Source of the DNA: Nitrospirota bacterium
GTDB lineage: Bacteria; Nitrospirota; Leptospirillia; Leptospirillales; Leptospirillaceae
Direction of reading: 5' to 3'
DNA length: 64,000 nt
Assembly (NCBI GenBank): GCA_023481175.1
Contig: JAMCWM010000012.1
Coordinates: 1-64,000 of the forward strand
In this document: positions 59,669 through 64,000 of the stretch, one piece after another
How the letters are laid out: the number at the start of each line of letters is the position of its first letter
How positions within the stretch are numbered: position 1 is the first letter of the stretch
Translations under genes and position numbers: made by a program
Notes under the pieces: generated by a model
Database searches by the model: none
What the model saw: only the letters and a program-made list of their open reading frames with translations
Told to the model about the DNA's origin: nothing

Positions 59669-60831
59669 TCGCTCCCGCCTCCTTCGTGGACCTCGACTCC
59701 TCGGCCACCACCCCCGTCTCCGAACGGGTCCTGGAGGCCATGCGCCCCTGGTTCCGGGAGTCCTATGCCAATCCCGGCAGCCCCTCTCCCGGAGGAGAGC
59801 GGGCGAAGATGGCCGTCTCGGAGGCCCGCGCCGCCCTGGCGGAGTTCCTCGGGGCCAAACCTTCCGAGATCCTCTTTACCAGCGGGGGAACGGAGTCGAA
59901 CCAGACGGCGATCCGCTCGGGAGTCCGCGCCCGTCCGGGCCGCCGGAGGGTCCTGGCGAGTGCCGTCGAACATTCCTCGATCCTGGGGCTCGCGTCCGAG
60001 CTCGAAGGCGAAGGGATCCGGTTCGAGAAGATTCCGTCCCGGCCGGACGGGAGGATCGATCCCGAGGAGGTCGCCCGCCGGGTCGACGGAGAGACGGCCC
60101 TCGTGGCGGTCATGTGGACGAACAACGAAACCGGCTCCATGAATCCCGTAGACGAAATCGTCGAAATCGCGCACCGGGCGGGAGCCCTCTTCCATTGCGA
60201 CGCCGTTGCGGCCGCAGGAAAGGTTCCGGTGGATCTCGGAGGAGTACCGGCGGACTTCCTCTCCCTCTCGGCCCACAAGATCCACGGCCCCAAGGGGGTC
60301 GGAGCCCTGTTCGTTCGCTCGGGAACGCCCTTCTTCCCCTTGATGCCGGGATCCCAGGAACGGAAGCGGCGGGGGGGGACGGAGAACGTCCCGGGAATCG
60401 TAGGGCTAGGGGAGGCGGCCCGGGAGTCCCGGAGCTATCTCGCCCAGGGGGGGGCCTCGCGGCTCGAGGACCAGCGGAACCGGCTCGAGGAGGGGATCCT
60501 CGCCCTGTGGCCCGGAGCCCGGAGAAACGGACCGGCGGAGCCACGGATCCGGGCTCCGCACATCGCGAATTTCCAGTTTCCGGGAACGCCGGCGGAGAAG
60601 ATTCTCCTGGCTCTCGGCCGGGAAGGGATCTATGTGTCGATGGGATCGGCCTGTTCAAGCGGATCGATGGATCCTTCCCACGTGCTCCTGGCCATGGGCC
60701 TCGGCCGGGAAGAGGCCCTGTCGTCCCTCCGCTTCTCCCTGGGACGGGACACGACTCCCGAGGATATCGGACGGACCCTTGCGGCGCTCTCCCGGATCCT
60801 TGCCCAGGAAACGGCCCGGAGGGTCTCGTGA
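59665..60831 (+). CDS. nifS: Cysteine desulfurase NifS
   Basis: LFTSGGTESNQTAI ... SLSAHKIHGPKGVGALF (PLP-Lys) ... MGSACSSGSMDPSHVLLAMG (active-site Cys loop). GTG start overlaps the previous stop. Confidence 0.85.
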   Translation: MIAPASFVDLDSSATTPVSERVLEAMRPWFRESYANPGSPSPGGERAKMAVSEARAALAEFLGAKPSEILFTSGGTESNQTAIRSGVRARPGRRRVLASAVEHSSILGLASELEGEGIRFEKIPSRPDGRIDPEEVARRVDGETALVAVMWTNNETGSMNPVDEIVEIAHRAGALFHCDAVAAAGKVPVDLGGVPADFLSLSAHKIHGPKGVGALFVRSGTPFFPLMPGSQERKRRGGTENVPGIVGLGEAARESRSYLAQGGASRLEDQRNRLEEGILALWPGARRNGPAEPRIRAPHIANFQFPGTPAEKILLALGREGIYVSMGSACSSGSMDPSHVLLAMGLGREEALSSLRFSLGRDTTPEDIGRTLAALSRILAQETARRVS

Positions 60832-60848
60832 AAAGACAGGAGGGAAAG

Positions 60849-61991
60849 ATGGGAGGGGATAGGACGATTCCCTTCGACGCCCCCCAGTGGAGCGCCGAGG
60901 AGGAGAGGGAGCAGACGGAGAGTCTGGGAAAGGAGGCCTCCCTGCGTCCGGTCGAAAGTCTCGAGGCCCGGCTGGGGTTCGTCTTCGGACGGGCGAGGGC
61001 GCTGGTCGTTCCCTCTCCCTCCGTGGCCCTCTACCTCGTCCTGGCCGGCCTGGGAATCGGGGAGGGAGACGAGGTGGTCGCCTCCCCCTTTTCCTGGTTC
61101 GGCATGGCCCGGGCCGTTCCCTGGCGCAATGCCCAGCTCACGGTCTCCGACATCGATTCCTGGTCCTTCACCCTCGATCCGGAGAAGGCCGCCAGAAAGA
61201 CGGGGCCCCGGACCCGCCTTCTCCTGGTGGGCAATGCCCTGGGCCATCCCGCCGACTGGGAGCGCTTCGAGGCCCTGGCCCGGGATTCGGCCGCTGTCCT
61301 GGTGGAAGACGCCACGGAATCGCTCTTCTCGGAGTACCGGGGCAGAAGGACCGGAAGCTTCGGGGATCTCTCGATCCTGGCCTTCGGCTCTCCCCATCCC
61401 AACCTGGGAGAGTCCTATGCCGCGATCCTCACCGACCGGGAGGACCTCGATCTTCTCTTCCGAACGCTCCGGGGAGGCGATCCGGCGGTCCTGCCTTCCG
61501 GGACGCCCCCTCTTCTTCCCCTGGAGCTCTCCCTCTCCCCGGGGATGGCCCGTCTGGCCCTCCGTTCCCTAGGAAGGCTCGCCGCCGGCCTCAAGAAGCG
61601 GGCCCTTCTCCTGTCGGCCTACCAGGAGGCCATGCGTTCGTTCGAGGGGGTCAAGGACCTCTATCAGTCCCCCCACGTGGATCGGGTCAACTGGTTTTCC
61701 TACATGGTCCACCTGGGAACGCGCTTCTCTGTCCTTTCGCGGAACGCCATCGTCGACGACCTTCGGGGGGCGGGGATCGGGGCCCGGCCATTTCCCGCCC
61801 CCCTCCACCTCCATCCCTGGTTTGTCGCGCGGGGATCGCGCAAGGGGCTGGCTCCGGTCGCCGAAAAACTGGCGGAACGGGCGATCGCCCTCCCCTTCCA
61901 TCCCGGCCTGGATCCGGAAGAGGCGGGCCCCATCGTCGAGCGCCTCAAGGAGGCCGCCACCAATGTCGGAGCCGGATCCGCCATTTACTGA
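60849..61991 (+). CDS. DegT/DnrJ/EryC1/StrS-family PLP aminotransferase-like protein (possibly lacking the PLP lysine)
   Basis: Fold-type-I aminotransferase pattern (VVPSPSVALYLVLAGLGIGEGDEVVASPFSWF ... GDLSILAFGSPHPNLGESYAAIL). The usual SFHxxK motif appears here as SPHPNL. Confidence 0.7.
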   Translation: MGGDRTIPFDAPQWSAEEEREQTESLGKEASLRPVESLEARLGFVFGRARALVVPSPSVALYLVLAGLGIGEGDEVVASPFSWFGMARAVPWRNAQLTVSDIDSWSFTLDPEKAARKTGPRTRLLLVGNALGHPADWERFEALARDSAAVLVEDATESLFSEYRGRRTGSFGDLSILAFGSPHPNLGESYAAILTDREDLDLLFRTLRGGDPAVLPSGTPPLLPLELSLSPGMARLALRSLGRLAAGLKKRALLLSAYQEAMRSFEGVKDLYQSPHVDRVNWFSYMVHLGTRFSVLSRNAIVDDLRGAGIGARPFPAPLHLHPWFVARGSRKGLAPVAEKLAERAIALPFHPGLDPEEAGPIVERLKEAATNVGAGSAIY

Positions 61992-62062
61992 CAGACGGAA
62001 AGGGGTGGCGGGAGAACTCCGTCCCCCCGTCTTTCCGGGAGACGAAGAAAAATGGAGGATTT

Positions 62063-62280
62063 CTGAGATGGAGAGGATTCATGTGGTCTTTGAAAATGAC
62101 GGGAGCGTGAAAATGATATCCGGCTGTCCGGAAGGAGTCGCTTACCAGGACTGGTTCAACTTCCTCTCGAGGTCCACCCGCGACTGTTACGAGCCGCTCT
62201 CGGGGGGGCGGGGGGTCTTCCGCTTTTCGCCCGGGGAGACCGAAAGGCTCCGGGGAGAACTGATCGGGAGCCGGGCATAG
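62063..62280 (+). CDS. Small hypothetical protein in the nif cluster (72 aa)
   Basis: MERIHVVFENDGSVKMISGCPEGVAYQDWFNFLSRSTRDCYEPLSGGRGVFRF. Weak call. Confidence 0.35.
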
Positions 62281-62305
62281 GCCATTTATCCGGAGGAGGG
62301 ATCCC

Positions 62306-62623
62306 ATGGCCGACGGAGATATCGTGGAACTCACCGGACCCCCGTTTTTCGAGTTCGGGGAAAAGGTCCGGATCAAAAAGCACATCCGGAACGACGGGAC
62401 CTTCCCCAACCGGGAGGTCGGCGACATCCTGGCCCGAAAGGGGGACGAGGGCTACATTCGGAGCATCGGAACCTTTCTCCAGCAGTTCTACATCTATGCC
62501 GTCTATGTGCCGGAGACGGGGGTGACGGTCGGCTGCAAGCGCCGGGAGCTCGAGTCTCTGGACTATGACGACGGGCCGGAGGAGCCGGCGAGCCAGGAAA
62601 CGGCGCGGGAGGAGGCCCCGTGA
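62306..62623 (+). CDS. nifZ: NifZ
   Basis: FEFGEKVRIKKHIRNDGTFPNREVGDILARKGDEGYIRSIGTFLQQFYIYAVYVPETGVTVGCKRRELE matches the NifZ domain. Confidence 0.8.
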   Translation: MADGDIVELTGPPFFEFGEKVRIKKHIRNDGTFPNREVGDILARKGDEGYIRSIGTFLQQFYIYAVYVPETGVTVGCKRRELESLDYDDGPEEPASQETAREEAP

Positions 62624-62934
62624 AGGGGGACTTCCGGACTGGCCGCTTCCAGGCGGGACAAACGGTCGTCCTCCTCCGGGACATCACGAACGACGGTTCC
62701 TATCCGTCCTTCCGGGAGAGGGATTTTCTGGCGGAGGAGGGGGACCGGGGAGAGATCCTGGGTGTCGGCTACCAGGAGGAGAAAAAACGTGTGGTCTATT
62801 TCGTGGGGCTTCTGACGGACAACCGGGTGATCGGATGCTTCGAGGAGGACCTGCTTCCTCTTGCGCGGCCCGTTCGGCATCCCGGCCGGAGGGAGTCCTC
62901 CGGCGTATCGAAAAACCTTCTCGGAGGAGGATGA
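62620..62934 (+). CDS. Second NifZ-domain protein (paralog)
   Basis: RFQAGQTVVLLRDITNDGSYPSFRERDFLAEEGDRGEILGVGYQEEKKRVVYFVGLLTDNRVIGCFEEDL has the same domain architecture as the gene above. GTG start with 4-nt overlap. Confidence 0.7.
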   Translation: MKGDFRTGRFQAGQTVVLLRDITNDGSYPSFRERDFLAEEGDRGEILGVGYQEEKKRVVYFVGLLTDNRVIGCFEEDLLPLARPVRHPGRRESSGVSKNLLGGG

Positions 62935-62935
62935 G

Positions 62936-63235
62936 ATGGACGAGATCTTCGAGGAACCCGGAGCCGACCGGGAGGATTTCGTGGGGGAGTTCTACTGGTC
63001 GCTCGCCAGGGTGATGGATCCGATCCGGTTCGAGCTGATTCTTTCCGGAGGAGACGTCCGGCTGGCGGGGGTCGGCACCGACGGGCGGGTGGTGGTCCGT
63101 CTGACGGGTCCGTTCACCCGGTCCTGCACGGAGAAAAGGGCGGTCATCGCCCGCATCGAAGGCTATCTGAAGGAGAAGGACCGGCGTGTTTCCGCGGTCG
63201 TTCCGGTGTGTCCGGCTCCGGAGGAGACGCTCTGA
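62936..63235 (+). CDS. Small hypothetical nif-cluster protein (about 100 aa; Nfu/NifU-C-like?)
   Basis: MDEIFEEPGADREDFVGEFYWSLARVMDPIRFELILSGGDVRLAGVGTDGRVVVRLTGPFTRSCTEKRAVIARIEGYLKE. Only one Cys, so not a canonical Nfu. Confidence 0.4.
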   Translation: MDEIFEEPGADREDFVGEFYWSLARVMDPIRFELILSGGDVRLAGVGTDGRVVVRLTGPFTRSCTEKRAVIARIEGYLKEKDRRVSAVVPVCPAPEETL

Positions 63236-63291
63236 CTTGGGGGGATGTCCGGGACGAAGGTCAACGGCCTCGATAAGGAGAAGGGACGACG

Positions 63292-63501
63292 ATGAAGGTC
63301 ATGGTTCGGAAGAATGTCGAAGGGGGATTCTCGGTCTACGTCCCCAAGAAGGATCTCGAGGAAGCCGTCGTCTCTTCCGAGAGGGAGAGCCTTTTCGGAG
63401 GAACGGTCACGCTTGCGAACGGAATGGTGCTGGAGCTTCCCGAAATCCCCCCGGGGCAGGGTCTTCCCCTGACGGTGGAGGCCCGGAAGATCTCCGGATA
63501 G
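63292..63501 (+). CDS. nifT: NifT/FixU
   Basis: MKVMVRKNVEGGFSVYVPKKDLEEAVVSSERESLFGGTVTLANGMVLELPEIPPGQ is the hallmark NifT/FixU sequence. Confidence 0.85.
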   Translation: MKVMVRKNVEGGFSVYVPKKDLEEAVVSSERESLFGGTVTLANGMVLELPEIPPGQGLPLTVEARKISG

Positions 63502-63516
63502 GAGGGCGGAAGGTCA

Positions 63517-63776
63517 TGGAGGAGAATGTGGTGAGGGAGGTGGCCGAACTGGTCGACCTGAACTGGCAGGGACTGGGAAGGGGAACGCTGCGCCTTCTCC
63601 GGGAACGCTTTCCCGGGGTGGTCTTCATCGCCGTTCCGGCCTCCGACGTCTCGGAGGAGCCCTTCCGGAAGGCCGGGAGGGTGGAGTTCCATTTCATCAA
63701 TACGGCGGACCATTGCGTGTCTCTGGTCTCCGATCGCCGGGCGGCGGGAGGAATCCTGCTGGCCGTCAGGGAGTGA
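63517..63776 (+). CDS. Small hypothetical protein (86 aa)
   Basis: MEENVVREVAELVDLNWQGLGRGTLRLLRERFPGVVFIAVPASDVSEEPFRKAGRVEFHFINTADHCVSLVSDRR. Confidence 0.4.
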
Positions 63777-63779
63777 ATT

Positions 63780-64000
63780 ATGAAGCTGTCCGAATCCGTG
63801 TCCCCCGAGTCCCTGCCGGTCCTGCCGATCTCGTCCGAGCGGGATCAGGCCCGGACGATCGACAGGATCGCCGCCCTCTGGAAAAAGGGGGATCTCGTCG
63901 TCTACCTGGGGCCCGATCTCTATGACGGCCCCCAGGACATCCCCCTCGACCCCCTGTCCCTCGCCAATCTTCTGGGAAGCCGGGTCGCCGTTCCGGGCCG
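63780..64000 (+). CDS. Hypothetical protein, 5' partial (continues beyond the window)
   Basis: MKLSESVSPESLPVLPISSERDQARTIDRIAALWKKGDLVVYLGPDLYDGPQDIPLDPLSLANLLGSRVAVPG... Confidence 0.35.
   Translation, partial: MKLSESVSPESLPVLPISSERDQARTIDRIAALWKKGDLVVYLGPDLYDGPQDIPLDPLSLANLLGSRVAVPG

Noticed and set aside
59595-61991. 798-aa ORF spanning nifS and the DegT-like gene
   Set aside because: Its N-terminal 420 aa are a low-complexity alternative frame over nifS. The real gene starts at ATG 60849 with an RBS.

Overview
High-GC (about 63-65%) bacterial chromosomal segment. Read left to right:

- **1-2100:** insertion-sequence debris. An integrase-core remnant and a frameshifted IS1595-family transposase lie with a small lipoprotein gene.
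- **2.2-6.9 kb:** envelope and stress genes. Two lipoproteins, one of them SPFH/Band-7, an orphan HigA-like antitoxin, the peroxiredoxin Bcp, an MscS channel and an XRE regulator.
- **7.4-13.8 kb:** complete Pup-proteasome locus in the order arc/mpa, dop, pup (C-terminal GGQ), prcB, prcA, pafA.
- **13.8-23.5 kb:** accessory/mobile stretch. A Pro/Gly-rich secreted protein, a DUF4143 AAA+ ATPase with a palindrome over its start codon, an IS110-family element whose transposase carries an in-frame TAG, a duplicated 3' fragment of the DUF4143 gene, MFS and CaCA transporters, a Uma2-family endonuclease, and a single-ORF IS66-family element with 18-bp terminal inverted repeats and a frameshifted transposase.
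- **23.56-26.70 kb:** a compact, translationally coupled three-gene operon. It encodes a small unknown protein, a ParA/MinD-like ATPase with an N-terminal extra domain and an unusual KGGVGRST P-loop, and a STAND/NACHT-like P-loop NTPase. An AT-rich boundary follows. I could not assign this operon to any system I know; it is the best candidate for an undescribed (possibly defense-type) module.
- **27.3-47.8 kb, core-like genes:** MFS transporter, GT9 heptosyltransferase, LuxR-type response regulator plus histidine kinase, APC permease fused to a UspA domain, a lipoprotein, a DUF202 protein and a porin.
- **37.8-44.8 kb, Kdp locus:** a Kdp K+ pump locus in the atypical order kdpB, small peptide, kdpF, kdpA, kdpC, then a protein made of two tandem KdpD N-terminal sensor + Usp modules with no kinase.
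- **45.1-47.8 kb, upstream of nif:** a putative MOT1-type molybdate transporter behind a sigma-54/NifA-type promoter, and an outer-membrane beta-barrel.
- **48.2 kb to the end:** a large nif cluster. nifH sits behind a perfect TGGCAC-N5-TTGCT promoter and a TGT-N10-ACA upstream site. Then come nifD, nifK, nifE, nifN, nifX, a NifX-associated gene, nifB, a ferredoxin, an IscA/HesB protein, an LRV FeS protein, nifS, a DegT-like aminotransferase, nifZ plus a second NifZ-like gene, nifT and several small unknown ORFs.

No rRNA, tRNA or CRISPR arrays were seen. Many long ORFs antisense to real genes are high-GC artefacts and were ignored. The combination of nif genes and a Pup-proteasome locus is consistent with a Nitrospirae/Leptospirillum-like diazotroph; that is inference only.
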